This document shows, piece after piece, positions 22,822-37,931 of a DNA stretch of 64,000 nucleotides (position 1 is its first letter; every line of letters starts with the position of its first letter). Below the pieces are notes generated by a model. It saw only the letters and a list, made by a program, of their open reading frames with translations, was not told the DNA's origin and did not search any database. The position numbers and the translations under genes were made by a program. Origin of the DNA: Octopus vulgaris (taxonomy: Eukaryota); the NCBI GenBank assembly GCA_951406725.2, contig OX597818.1, positions 121,024,001 to 121,088,000 of the forward strand, given 5' to 3'.

Positions 22822-24099
22822 GAAGCTGTCCTTGAAAGGGAGGGCGGAGGTTGCAGAAGTGTTTATCGCCTCTGTAATCACTTACCGCCTAACCGTAGTG
22901 CCTTGCCCCGATTCGTGGCTGAACAAACTGGAACGCATGCTCTTTCGCTTTTTGTGGAGGGGCAGCAGACCTCTTGTAAGGCGCTCTATTTGCTGCCAAA
23001 AGCCGCTGGAGGGTGGGTTAGGGATGCCGTGGCTAAAAATGCGCAGACATGCGCTCAGGCTTAGGCACCTCTGGATTTACCTGGACGGTTAGCAGGTGTG
23101 GTCTCCGTTTGTCAAGCTGTTATTTCCACAGTTCACATCGTTTAACGAACTGAACCCATGAATCAAGTGTAGACCGAGGTTGGGCATGTAGCATGCAGAG
23201 TGCTATCAGGCACTCGTGCTTCTCTCCCAGTCGGGCAACGCCGGTGGCGGGGGTACTACCTCGTTCTTCTATAGAGGGTTAGTAGAGTTTAAGTGAGACG
23301 ACGTCCTAGGAGAAACTCTGGGCTTCGACGAAAATCAACTGGCCAGCCTGTTCCAAAGAACATTCCGTCCGGGGCCTATGGATAATTACCAAAAGTCCCT
23401 GGCCTGGCAATGTTACAGAGGAGCTTTACCGGTTCGAGATAAGCTCTTTAGACATGGGTGTGCACCTTCGCCGGTTTGTGCAAGATGTAAGAGGGACAGG
23501 GAAACTGTCCTGCACGCGATTGTGCAATGCCCGAAGGTGACTGAACTCTGGGCTTATGTCGAACACTTGCTGTCGCATTCGAGAAGTGTACAACTGTCGA
23601 GCGAATCTGTAATTAAGATAGTTCCGCCGACCTTCCTGAATAGGGAGGAGCGGGCCTGTTTTCTTTCGGTAGTTGCTATGGCGAAAGAAGTAGTGTGGAA
23701 GACGAGAGTAAAAGGAATTGCAACAGGCATGTTTATCTCCAGTCTCGAGCTAATCGACTTTTACGTTTTCCACATGAAACGGAAAATAAGGCTGGAGAAG
23801 AAATGCCTGTCGCAAAGTGTGTTTCGTAAAAGATGGAAGTCTATAGCAAGTATGTTGCGAGTGAAAGAACCTGTTTAATCGAGAATGTGAAAAAGGAGAA
23901 AGCAAAGTCTTCAGTGTGAGTATGTGGTTTGTGGGGTCAACCACGTCCTCCGCTTCATTTTTTGTTATTCACTCATTATCATTTAATTGTATATATTTTA
24001 ATTATTTGTTTATTCATATGTTTCGTCTCATTCGATACCCTGACCCCAACGTTTGTTTTGTCCCCTCTTTTTCTCAACCTTATGGTGAATAAAGAAATA
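22821..24099 (+). mobile_element. 5'-truncated, dead Tx1/L1-like LINE, longer insertion
   Basis: FRFLW, PLEGGLG and CCHC knuckle CARC...[10 protein letters not shown] typical of L1/Tx1 ORF2 C-termini; several in-frame stops between 23090 and 23300; flanked by (CT)n. Confidence 0.85.
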
Positions 24100-24207
24100 C
24101 TCTCTCTCTTTCTCAGCATCTCTCTCTCTTTCTCAGCGTCTCTATCACTCCCTCTCCCTTTCTCGACATCTCTCTCTCTTTCTCAGCATCTCTCTCCTTT
24201 TCTCGGC

Positions 24208-24275
<68 letters not shown>

Positions 24276-27200
24276 GGTAATGTAACTGATAGTTGGATGT
24301 CAAATATACGAGTGACAGAGTAAGATGATTAAATATTTTACTGATGACGAATTGGATGCTGTTTACATGATTTATGACAAAATGATTGATGGTAGGATGC
24401 CTGATATAGAAGGAGTGATAGATTGTAGGATCGATGAATATTGTTTTATTGACTATTGATCTGATTATGATTAGGTGATGTAGGTATTACGAATGATGGC
24501 AAAGGAACTGATAGAATAGAATGGCGGTATGCATAGATAACAAATGATAAGATCGCCAATAAGATTGATTGGTGAGTGGTCTATTATTTGACGTTTTATC
24601 TGTTTAATTGTCAAATATTACATGATCTAATATTTGTTAGTCGACTTTATATGATGGTTTAATATTTACTAATTAAGTATTTTGTGGGTGAATAGTATCT
24701 TGTGGTCTAATAATTACGTCTCAACTCTTTGCTGCTTTAATCTTTAGCCATCCGTTGACTTACTGTTGATGCTTTTACTATCATTATGAGTATTCTGATT
24801 TTAGAATTTGTATACTCTGTCTCTGCAAAAGACGATAACAGGATTGGCGCAAGGAAGATCATCAAATTAAACACTGTATCATAAAATTAGTAAAAGCATT
24901 TGAAAGAGCCTTAGATCACAATACCGAAGTGTATAACATTTATTATGTCTTAAGTGTATATATTAATTGAAATCAAAATCAAATTCCATGACTGGCATCC
25001 GTGCTAGCGGGGTGCAAAGAGCACCATACAAGTGTGATCGTTGACAGAGCAGCTAACCGGCCTCCGTGCCAGTGGCACATAAAAGGCACCATTCGAATAT
25101 GATCGTTACCAGCGTCGCCTTACTGGAACTTGTGCCCGTGCTAGTAGGGTGCCAAGAGCACCATCCGAGCGTGATCGTTGCCAGAGCAGCCAACTGGCTT
25201 CCGTGCCGGTGGCACATAAAAGGGCACCATTCGAGCGGGATCGTTACCAACGTCGCCTCACTGGCACCCGTGCCGGTGGCATGTGTAAAAAGATTCGAGC
25301 GAGGTCATTACCAGTACCGCCTGACTGGCCCCCGAGCCGGTGGCACGTAAAAAGCACCCACTACACTCTCGGAGTGGTTGGTGTTAAGAAGGGCATCCAA
25401 CTGTAGAAACTCTGCCAGATCAGATTGGAGCCTGGTGCAGCCATCTGTTTCGCCAGCCCTCAGTCAAAATCGTCCAACCCATGCTAACATTAAAAGCAGA
25501 CGTTAAACGATGATGATGAGGAGGAGGATTCTAGCCTGGTTAGCTTTAGCACAGATCAGTAAATGTTTTGTTTACTGATTTATATATCTGAACAAGTCAG
25601 AGACTGACTGAGAGTATTAAGGGCCCTCGGGCATAACTGTTTACCGGGCCCCTTTGAATGTGTGTTTTAGTAGAGTGAACATGTAGAGTGCAGGCCCCTC
25701 AGAGCTCCGGGGGCCCTCAGGCAGTGCCCGATTTACCGACGGCTCAGTTCGCCTTTGGAACAAGTATTCTCAGCTTGGCTCAGATCGCCTGGGGTTTTCG
25801 TCAAATGAGGTTGAAACATCGTGCCAGGTGATTCTTTGGCATTTTCATTTTGAAATACATCTCTAAGATGAATTACTACAATTAGTACCATTCCACATTT
25901 GTATATACGTTATAAATGTACACACCTCAGTACTTTTAATGAAGGTTACTTCAGTTAATTTTTTATTCCTATTCATTATTTTGTTTTATTTTCTAACTGA
26001 TTTGTCTGTCATACTGATCTTCCCGTCATGATAAAAAGTGTTTTTAAATAAAATTTAACATCAGTTCGTAAAATGTGACGAAGAAGGACTCACCTTAGGT
26101 ATGAATATAGCAGATTGAGTAAATAAAGCAAATAGCCAAATTATGACTGTAAGACCAGAATTCACCACAACAGGCTTTTCTCGAAACAGGTGCCAAAGAG
26201 CAATGCTACTGCTGCACAAGATGAAGACCGTCAGAATTATCAGTATCATAGGTTTAGCATCGTCCATTGAAGGTAAAGTAATGTTACGAATTTGCCAGGC
26301 TACATATAAGCCGAATGACAAAACGCTTCCTTTATAGATAAACAATAATGACATCCATATGTATTCGAACTCACAACAACATCTGGGTACATTGATGACG
26401 CTGGATGCATTCATGTTAGATCTGGATGTTAAGTTTTCCTGTAAGTATAGGAATATCACTGAACAATTTTACTCAAAATTGTTCGGTTAAAGAGCGGTTG
26501 AGTTATTTCTCGTAATGTTAATAAATTTAATGATTATTTGGCAATTAGATAAAAGAGAAACATTTATTGGAAAATTTAATAAAATAGAATGCTTATTTGT
26601 CAATTTAAATATAGAAAAACTATTATTTGGTAATTTAAGTAAAAATGATTTTTATCAATTTAATCAACTGTAACTGTAGACTATATTGCGAATTTATTCA
26701 TCTGTATAATATAATATACACATAACGCACACTCACACACACACCGACACACTATAAGAGCGAAGTATTTGAAGCATCAAAATTGGCGTCAATAGATTAG
26801 ATTAAGAAAGTAGATATACTTTCATGTACCTCGAGGTTATATTGTATTTAATAAGACCATAAAATTATCATAATACTTTTTCTGGCTTAATCAGAGAAAA
26901 GTGCCGCTCTTATAGCAAAGCAATGAAGCTGAATGCTCTAGTTAACTCTAGTTAACTAAAACAAGGACAGATATCTGAGCTGACAACTATAGTTACATAA
27001 AATCATTTTTTAATAGAAATCATCGTAACATGTTAACTGGAGCCAGATGAAATTAACTTCGCGTCATATACGAACTCAGGGCTAATCGCTTGTTATTTTA
27101 TATGTACTCTAACAAGCTTTTTTCTTTGCAAATAAGAATTTACTCGACAGCCATTGAAGCTGATACTTAATTCTATATACTGGATTCTCCCAGATATCAG

Positions 27201-28325
27201 TAAACTATGGAATTTTGGCAGCCGCCTTTATATCTTAGGAATATGAAAAGTACCACACATTAGAAGTAGGTTTCTACTTGGCAATAAAGGGCCCTCTGTG
27301 GTTGCTCGGCTTACGAGAAATAGCAGCCAAATATCTCCCCCCCCCTCTCTCTTTCTCTCTCTCTCAGCCGTCGTAAAGAAAAGACAAAATGGGCGATGTA
27401 GACCTTGGCATACAAAATAACAAGATGTTCGCGACTGGAATATCATTGACCCTCGGTTTGTTTTTTTAGAGCTTATATGAGAATAAAAGTAACTTCAAGA
27501 GTATTGAGTTCCCAGAGTTAAACTTGCGATACAGTCTCAGTTTTCAATTGTTGTTATATATCTTGTTTTCTAGATCGGGAATGGGAAGAATGCCATGTAA
27601 TCTCATATCTATAAACATTATAAATCTAGGATCCTTTTCAGTTTGAACGGCAGTTTTTTCTAGCGGTGTCATATGAAATTGTCACCCATAATTATGACCC
27701 TAGTATCGATCTGTTACATTTCAATCTGTTTTAGGGTTAGGGTTAGTTAGGATTAGGGTTTGGGTTAGGGGTGAGGGGAAGGGTATCTTTTTTTCTTCAG
27801 AAATGTAAATAAACCCAATCTGTTTCTTAAACGAGGGACATATGCATACGGCACAGAATGTTTTCACCTCAATGGACGTCATTGATTGGTTGAAATTGCA
27901 GAAATTGAAGAAAAAAACAACAAATATCTTACAAACTATAGAATTTTCTCAATAAAGCCAAGAGAAAAAGATGTTTTATAAACACATTCTACCAGTATAC
28001 GAAGTTTAAAAGTGTTTAGTTACGTGGAAATTATTTTTAAAAACTGCCGGTCAAACCGGAAAGATCCGAAATCTAATAAACATATATAAATCTCACTTAC
28101 TTTGGTAATTATTGGAATAAATCGATGCTTTAATGGATCCAGAGCTTGCCAGAACGTCATAAAAATCATGTCTACAGATAGATTTGCTCCAATGAATATA
28201 AACAACCGCAAATCTTTAATAACCTGTCAAATCACATGTGCAAAATTAAATCAAATTTTACTGAAATTTCAATCATTATTATTATCATTATTATTATTAT
28301 TATCATCATCATTATTATTATTATC

Positions 28326-28356
<31 letters not shown>

Positions 28357-31300
28357 ATAGTAGTAGTAGTGGTGGTGGTGGTGGTGGTGGTGGTGCGGCT
28401 AAGTTTTCTTTAAAATTTGTTGTTTCATTAGTTGGTTTAGTAGACATTAGCTATGGAGGAAAAAATCCAAAATTATTATTTAATGCGGCCAATATTAGTC
28501 GAATCAACTTCTAGTTGATGGTATTTCTGGCGGACCGTTTCTATTTAATAACTCAACTGAATAATCCTTCATTATTTCTTTCTCTGCGACGTTAATGCTA
28601 TCAACACGTCTATATGATATAGTATTTCTTGGCATAAGATGAAGATGTCATTGTTTGTTGGTTTCAAAACATGTGTGAAAAGTCTGGCTGCATCCGAAAA
28701 AATATATATTATGAAACAAAAATAAACACAAAATTTATTACACGAATCTGTTGCCACCACGACAGTCAACTATTTAACGCTGAACACGAGTTTGATGTTG
28801 AATACATCCACGAATTTTCTGCTCAGATAGCTCTTCCCAAGACTGCAAGACGGCTTCGTGCAATTCATGCCACGCTGTAGGGTTTTTCAGTTCAACTTTA
28901 TCGACCAAAGTTAATAATGATTCTGCTAATTCCACGTGTAAACATATGCTGAATGAAACTCACTGAATAAATCTTAATTAACTGTGTTGTCAATTGTATG
29001 CGCCTGACATATGCTAACGTGTATGCAGCCAGACTTTTCACACAGAGGATACATTTTAAGAGTTATTGTTATGATTATCTATCTTTGAGATGACAGACTT
29101 ACAATTTACGTTTCAACAACAACTATCGGCGGTGTATTTTTCGTTTGTCACTGTTATTTATGACATCGTTCGTGCGTTTGTACTGGTTTTAAGGTTTTAG
29201 GGTTATGGTTAGGGTTTTAGGGTTTTAGGGTTAGGGTTTTAGAGTTAGGGTTAGGGTTAGGGTTTTAGAGTTAGGGTTAGGATTTTACGGTTAGGGTTAG
29301 GGTTGTCATAAATAACAGTGGCAAACGAAATATACACCGCTGGAAGTTCTTGTTGAGAAACAACAGCAGTAATTTTATTCAGCTGAATACACGTCATTGA
29401 TTGGTTGAAATTACCGAAATAGGACAACTTTAATGTTAAATTTTCTCAAAAATGCTAAGAGTAAAAGATGTTTCATATGACACACTCTACCAGTGTCCAA
29501 AGTTTGAAAGTGTTTCGTTACAAAAAAATGATTTTAAAAATCTGTAGGTCAAAAGGTAAATATCCAAAAATCTTTGAATAACGTATAGCCTATGCCTGGA
29601 AAAAGGCATAATTGTCACAGCTGGAATGTGCTTAAACACTGTACTGCTCAATCAATGCTGACCTGGAACTAAACCACAATTACCCACTGCGCTGACACCC
29701 AGAAAGCCATTGGATGAAAATGTAGAGATGTGTATGTGTGTGTGTGGTTATTACTTAGCACACTCTTGAAAGCTGCCTTCTTGAAGATTTGGTTGACACG
29801 CCAACATTTCGCTAAAATTGGCACCAAAATCAGTGTAAAAGAACAAACCAGAAACCAAGCACGTATCTGAAATGGAAGGCAGAGTTAAATGAGGAAAAAA
29901 CTGTCTCGAATATGAGATCAAGTGAATGGAAATTATTTTGTTATTTACGTGTTGGTTCTCGAGCTCAAAACCTACTGCAAATGTGGCTATAGCACCTACT
30001 TACTGCAAGAGAACTGCTAGGAGTTTTAAGAAAAGACGACAGACATAGGTAAAATGCACGTGCAAAGGGCCCCAAATAAATGCATAAATAAATATGAATT
30101 TAATTCGACCAAAACCAGTGAAAAAACATGTAAAGAATGTGGACCGCATCACCTTTCGTTTTTTTGTTTTTTTTTACAGAATTCCCCATTTTCGTGTTTG
30201 TCTCCACCATCACCACTTGACAGCCGGTGTTGGTGTGTTTATGTCCCTGTAACTTAGCGGTTCGGCAAAAGACACCGATAGAATAAGTACTAGGCTTTAA
30301 AACAAAATAAGTCGTGGGGTCAAGTTCTTTGATTAAAACCCTTCAAGGTGGTGTTCCAGCATGGCCGCGGTGAAATGACTGAAACAAATAAAAGATTAAA
30401 AGTGTGTGTGCGTGTGTGTGTGTGCGTTCTTGTGTATGTGTGTGTGTGTGTGTGTTAGCACTATCTCCGCCAACGTAAATTAAACTTGATCAAATATTCA
30501 TCAAATACTTTTTTACTTTCTAATTTCACTGTTGTTAAATGCTTTTTTTTAATTTTCAGGAAAATTTCAATAAAACATTTGCATTCTCCATTTCCCAAGA
30601 GACATAAGCGTGTTTTTCACGCATTCAAGCCATTAAAAGTTTTCATGTTATACGTCATCTGTACGTTCTATTTGGTCACATGATAAAGTATGTCGTCTGC
30701 TCGCTGTATTTGCTCCTCCTTAGTTAAAACACATCGCAGCTTCCTTGAATTTTCAAGGAATTTCTTCCACCCACGGACCTGAGAGTAACTATGTACCACC
30801 TTGCAAAATTTTTCTAAGAAGCCCTGAAAGTTTATATAATTTTTTTTTTTTGTAGGAGTGGCTTACTTACGAACCACATGGTTCCGGGTTCTGTCCCACT
30901 GCGTGGCACCTTGGGCAAGTGTCTTCTACTATAGACTCGGGTCGACCAAAGCCTTGTGAGTGGATTTGGTAGATGGAAACTGAAAGAAGCCCGTCGTATG
31001 ACATGCTTTCATGACATGAAAGTATATGTGCATGAATGAGAAATAGGAAGAGAGCGACTGAGAGATAAGGGGGGAGACAGACAGACAATCACATACACAG
31101 AGAAAGGCACAAAGACAGACAGGCACACAGGCAGACAGGCAGACACAGACAGATGCACACACACACACACACAGGCTAACAGATACAGACAGACAGACAC
31201 ACAGAGAAAGGCACAAAGACAGACAGGTACACAGGCAGACAAGCACACAGACAGACAGTCACACAGGCTGACCTATACACAGACAGACAGAGATTCAGAA

Positions 31301-31924
31301 ATAGAGGCAGGTCAATGAAAGCTCAGTAAGAGTTCTGATAATAACAGCAACAATAGTTTACCTGGCATAGCAATGTTGCTGCAAAGCTGTGATATTGAGT
31401 ATAGACTTGGAGACCATAAATGAGACAACAGCTATTTGATAGCATACTTCCAGTGCAAGTCACTGCATTCAGATGTGGGCTTGACATTTTGATTAATCTA
31501 TATGTGAGTAAAAAAAAAGAGTCATGTAATTAGAAAGGAAAGGAAGCTAAAGAAGAAGAAGAAGAAGAAGAAGAAGAAGAAGAAGAAGAAGAAGAAGAAG
31601 AAGAAGAAGAAGAAGAAGAAGAAGAAGAAGAAGAAGAAGAAGAAGAAGAAAGAAAAGAAAGAAAATAGAGAAATGGTGACTTTTCTAAAGTTGATTCAAC
31701 ATTAGACATTGTTTCTTTCCAGAAGGGTTTTAAATCAGAAATTATTTGTTTGGGGTGATTGTGTGGTAAATAGCTTCCTTACCAACCACATGGTCCCGGG
31801 TTCAGTTCCACTGCGTGGTACCTTGGGCAAGTGTCTTCTACTATAGCTTCAGGCCAACCAAAGCCTTGTGAGTGGATTTGGTAGACGGAAGCTGAAAGAA
31901 GCCCGTTGTATATATGTGTATATA

Positions 31925-31977
<53 letters not shown>

Positions 31978-32085
31978 GATGAGTGTATTTTTACCTTGTT
32001 AACAATTAACACGGAAAATATAAATAAATAGTTACCAGGGCAGCAAAAATATTTGATTACACCGGCGTTAACTCCATTTTTTTTA

Positions 32086-32122
<37 letters not shown>

Positions 32123-35100
32123 GTATATGTATATGTGTATATATATATATGTATATATATGTCTGCTCAGAAATCAAGCAAACTTCAAGAATAATAGTTA
32201 AGGTGCTGGCATAGCCATGTAGTTAAGCAGTTAGCTTCACAAACACAAGCGTCTGGGTTTGATCCTATTATGTTATACCTTGGTAAAGTGTCTTCTACTG
32301 GGATGTGTAAGGTTTAGTTAACAGAAACTATACTGAAGCTCATCATATATGTGCATGTGTATATGTGTAGTTGTGCTGAAGTATTCTGGTGTAGAACAGT
32401 ACATCAAGTTGTAGCTCAGTCTACCAAAGGAGATCAAATTCATCTATTTGATAAACAAGGATCAATAAAGTTGAAAGAAGTACATGGGTGGGTGTGATCC
32501 ATTGAAATTATCTTGTTGTTGTTGTTAAGCAACAAGACTGGTAAGGATGATTAGGTGATGGTCTAGGGCTTAGGGGCGAGAGACCCCAGACCTTGGAGAA
32601 AAAAAAAAACTTTGGTCATCATGTTGTAGTTGAGGGCTCTTCGTTGACACCCGACACCACTGGGTGGTGGCCCTCGAAGTCGTTGGAAATGGAAATCTCC
32701 AGGTCCAAATTCTTGAACGGCTTGAAATTCTCTTGAAAGCAATGTCCCAGCATTTTGCATTGTGGTAGACTTAATCCATCACCCAGTTTAACATCTCCAC
32801 CTGGCTCTAAAGTGTCTTTTCATGAGTCCTTTCTGTTACAAGAATTTGAACAGGGTCTCCAATTTGAGGATAACTTCCATGCTTCTTAACTTCCAGTTAT
32901 CATTCCCACCACTACCACCACCACCATCACCATCAAAATCATCAACCATGATAATTGTTCTTTCGCCACTCAGTCAGTCATGATAAATATAAAACCAGAA
33001 ACCTGATGAATGAAATTGACAGGAAAAATTAAAAGCATAAAAAGAGAAAATAATTTACCTGTGTTTTCTATAAAAGATATTGAAAGCCAAGAAGTATATA
33101 GACACAATGGTACCCGTGGTGGCCAGAAAGATTGAGAGCCAAAATAGTTCCTGAGTTAAAGGTTTGTCCATTTTATTTCAAACATCCATTGAGTATGTTC
33201 CACTTCACTACAAGACAAAAAAAAACTAAATCAAGAAATTTATAGAATGTGATTTATTAATATTATCGCTACTGCTATTATTATTACTACTCTTCATAGG
33301 CTGTTACTGACAACCAATCAGTATCCTCGTTAGCAGCTGCAGTGCCGTTTTCATTATCATCACCATCATAGTCGTTGTCATCATCTTCATCAACATCAAC
33401 ATCATCGTTGTCATGGTCAGCATCTCTAACAACACAATCTGCACAATCATTACTGACATTAATATTGATTTCTAACAGACACAACACAGCTTGTCAAATT
33501 TTGGACAGGTTTGAAATTGATCCCAGTAATTCACTGGTACTTTATTTTATCGATCAGCAGAATAGTGAAAGATTATGTTGACCTTGGGGAATTTGAACCT
33601 AAAACATACTGAGCTGTAACTAAATACCATAAGGTGCTTTGTCTGACACTCTAATGATTCTACCAAACCACCATCCCTAACTATCATCAATATCACTGAT
33701 CCACAAGGCAGCAAGTTAGCCGAACCATAAGCAAACTCAGCAAAATGCTTAATGGCATTTTGTCTGTCTATACATTCTGAGTTCAAATTCTACCAAGGTC
33801 GACTTTGCCTTTCATCCTTTCAGGGTTGATGAAAATAAGTACCAGTTGAACACTGGGGTCGATGTAATTCACTAACCCCTCGCTTGATATTGCTGGCCTT
33901 ATGCCAAAATTTGAAACCAATATTACTGGTCCACTATATTACTATCATCAGACCAGCATTACCAAAATTAATGTCAGCTAGAAGTCACCTCTGTCTTCGA
34001 CAAAAACCAGTAACAATAATAACAAAGCCTGCAGTTTTTCACGGGAAGGAGTTAGCTCCAAGGACTTGAATGGTACTTAATTTTATTGACCCTAGATGAA
34101 AGCAAAGTTGACCTCAATTAGATCTGAACTCAGAATATCAAGAGCCAGAACTAATATGGCAAGTTTTTTTCCAACACTTAAGCAATTTTATCAGCTCACT
34201 GTCTTAACAATAATGATTACTGCAGTAGCAACAACAATATCAAGCACTTAGGACATGTAAGAGAGAGGCAACATACTCTGATTGCCACACCACAGACTAC
34301 ACAACAAGTCTTTGTTCATACGTAGATCACATAACATTTCACAATGAAAATAAACCTCATACACCATGCATTCACTATCTCTTACAAACCACAAATTAGT
34401 TTTCTTCTATCTCACTTACAAACCACAAAACAGTTTTCATTATGACATTACAGGTCTCATAACGTCTTCATTTCTATTCTATAAACCACCCAACATAACT
34501 TTGCTATCACACTGCAGGCCAGACATGTCTTCACTCCCATGCAACACTTCACAAAGCATGCCTTCACTCCTGTACTTCGCACCACATAATATCTTCATAC
34601 TACACCACACATCACACATATCTTAACTACCTCACAACAAGCCACACATCTTCACTCTGCACTATACACCGCACAATATGCCTTCTCTCTGAACTACATG
34701 CTTCACAACATGGTTTCACTATCACACTACATGTCACACAATAGCTCCATGATTTTCAGTGTCTTAGTCAAAAAAGGACAAGGTTCCTTGTCCACTTCGA
34801 ACACTTCCAAAATTAGTAGGAGGAAAGTACTGAGACTTTAGTTTCAATACTTAAGGCAACCACAGACCAGACAGTGGTATTAAATAGGGAAGGGATGGAT
34901 TAAAAGTAGCACACTTCACATTGCACATGTCCTCATTAACATACTACAACTTATATGATGTTCTCCATTCCACACTACATCCCATGCAGCATATCTTCAC
35001 TGCCATATTATTTGCTACAGTGCTACACAATCTTCTATCACATTAAACAATTACACATGTTCTCAATAGGTGCAGGAGTGGCTGTGTGGTAAGTAGCTTG

Positions 35101-37743
35101 CTTACCAACCTCATGGTCCCGTGTTCATTCCCACTGCATGGCACCTTAGGCAAGTGTCTACTACTATGGCCTCGGGCTGACCAAAGCCTTCTGAGTGGAT
35201 TTGGTAGATGGAAACTGAAAGAAGCCCATTGTATATATGTATATATATGTGTGTGTGTGTTTGTGTATCTGTGTTTGTCCCCCCAACATCGTTTGACAAC
35301 TGATGCTGATGTGTCTATGTCCCCGTAACTTAGCGGTTCAGCAAAAGAGACCAATAGAATAAATACTAGGCTTACAAAGAATAAGTCCTGGGGGTTGATT
35401 TCCTCGACTAAAGGCGGTGCTCCAGCATGGCCGTAGTCAAATGACTGAAACAAGTAAAAGAGTAAAAGAGTTATACTGCCTCTCATGCAACCAACTACTA
35501 CATCAGAGGGTGTATACTGTAGGGTCAATACACATTGAAGTTATTATGTGACTGTAAACTATGAAAACAAGAACAGCAGTAATAGCTGACAACTTGGTCT
35601 TGTCTTACCATCATGTGAAGTCCGGATTGCTAGAAATGGTAGTCAAAGTCTCAAAGTTTTAGCAACACCAACATTTTCTTCAGACTATGAAACATAATAT
35701 AAAGTGAGATATTAACCTGCTGATGTTGATAACAAAGGCACTGCAGAGTGGCTGAATTTTTCATTGGTGCTCATTGCTGATCGTTTAAGCTTAATGTGGA
35801 CAATTCCTGTATAGGTATGATTATTGTTACAGAAGTGTCAAGTAGCTTAATTTTCAAGCCACCAGATTCTCGAGTGTAGAGTGGGGATTTGTTATTCCTG
35901 TAATCTGTCATGACTTGTATATGTACATTCAAAGTGACATGTATTGATGTTGTAGTCTAGCAACTAGCAAATCTGAAGTACATGGTCAGCTGCTTTAAAG
36001 AAATAACAATAACATCAATGGCAATAGTAGTAACACCAACAAAAGTAACAATAGTAAGAACTATATCAGTAACAATAACAAAAAGTTGACTAAGAAGCCA
36101 TTACTACATGCTCTCTCTACTATCGCTGCACTTCAACTCGCAAGAAATAACTGCTAAATCAAAGTACAAATTGTTTAAGATATAGGCGCAGGAGTGGCTG
36201 TGTGGTAAGTAGCTTGCTTACCAACCACATGGTCCCAGGTTCAGTCCCACTGCGTGGCATCTTGGGCAAGTGTCTTCCGCTATAGCCCCGGGCTGACCAA
36301 AGCCTTGTGAAACTGAAAGAAACTGAAAGAAGCCTGTCGTATATATGTATATATATATATGTATGTGTGTGTTTGTGTGTCTGTGTTTGTCCCCCTAGCA
36401 TTGCTTGACAACCGATGCTGGTGTGTTTACGTCCTCGTCACTTAGCGGTTCGGCAAAAGAGACCAATAGAATAAGTACTGGGCTTACAAAGAATAAGTCT
36501 GAGGTCGATTTGCTCGACTAAAGGCGGTGCTCCAGCATGGCCACAGTCAAATGACTGAAAGAAGTAAAAGAGTAAAAGAGTAAAGAGTATACCAACTACA
36601 TGACAGAACAATACATAACCTGGTGTCGACATATTTAATGCAAAAAGAATTAAAAGCTAACAAGAAAAGTGTTGAAACTCCTATTTGTTCGCTGTAGTGG
36701 TAGCTCTCTTTAGGCAAATTTTATGTTTAGTTTTTTTAAATTTTATTTATGGCCAATACATAATGTTACATGACATGTCGGGGATTTTGCCAGAGAGGCA
36801 GGGCCAATCCATAAAGTTACATTACATATTGGGGATTTCGCCAGAGGGGCAGGCCCAACCGATAATGTTACATGACATGTCAGCGAATGCACCAGAGGGG
36901 CTGGATCAAGCAATCACGTTACATGACATGTTGGGGATTCACCAGCGGGGCAGACCCTACCTATAACGTTACATGACATGTCGGGCAATTTGCCACGGGG
37001 GCAGTGCCAATCCGTACTGTTACATGACATGCCAATGTTACATGACATGTCAGAGATTTCACCAGGGGAGCAGGCGCATGCCATAACATTACATGACATG
37101 TCAAGGGATTTGCCAGAGGGGCAAGCGCAACCCATAACATTACATGACATGTCTGGATTCACCACAGGAACAGGGCCAATCCGTAATGTTACATGACATT
37201 TTGCTGATTTCGCCAAAGGGGCAGGGCCCATAATGTTAGATGACATGTTGGGAAATTCGCCAGATGGGCAGGACCAATTCAAAACTTTAGATGACATGTC
37301 GGGGATTTTTCTCAACAATGCCAAGAGTAAACGATGTTTTATGTGACACATTCTACCAATATACGAAGTTTGAAAGTGTTTTGTTATAAAAAATTATTTT
37401 TTAAATCTGTAGGTCAAAAGGTAAAGATCCGAAGATTTATCAGTTATTTTTGTTATGTCAAGCAACTACATAGAGGGTTCCTCAGTAGCTCATAATACTC
37501 ATAATTTTAAAAGCTGGAAATGTATTTTCTCTTTTATTTGTTTATTATTTACAGCGCTTTCATACTATGGCTGTGCTGGGGTTCTGCCTTCCAAACCTTT
37601 ACTCATTTGATTCCAATACTCTGTCTGGTACATATATTTTTTTTTTTACTGATCTGTACATGACTAAGTTTACCTTAGGTATTTTTGTTTGCTTAATTGA
37701 TTTATTCCTTGCTAATAAACATGTGCATATGCAAGCACACACA

Positions 37744-37787
<44 letters not shown>

Positions 37788-37877
37788 TGCATACTGGAAG
37801 AGCTTCTGACCCTAGAAAAACCTGTCTCAACAAAGATTTGTCTGATCCATGTAAGCATGGAATGGTGAATGTTAAAG

Positions 37878-37931
<54 letters not shown>

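Larger units (their letters stand above)
17537..33171 (-). pseudogene. GPR156-like duplicate with mutated exon-3 splice donor (all exon frames still open; probable pseudogene or splice variant)
   Basis: Exons 33059-33171, 31362-31497, 29759-29866, 28101-28223, 26094-26438, 21269-21424, 17537-18400. Donor after exon 3 reads CTAAGT (position 29758) instead of GTAAGT; R>S in ICL2; F>I in TM4 (28166). Confidence 0.75.
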
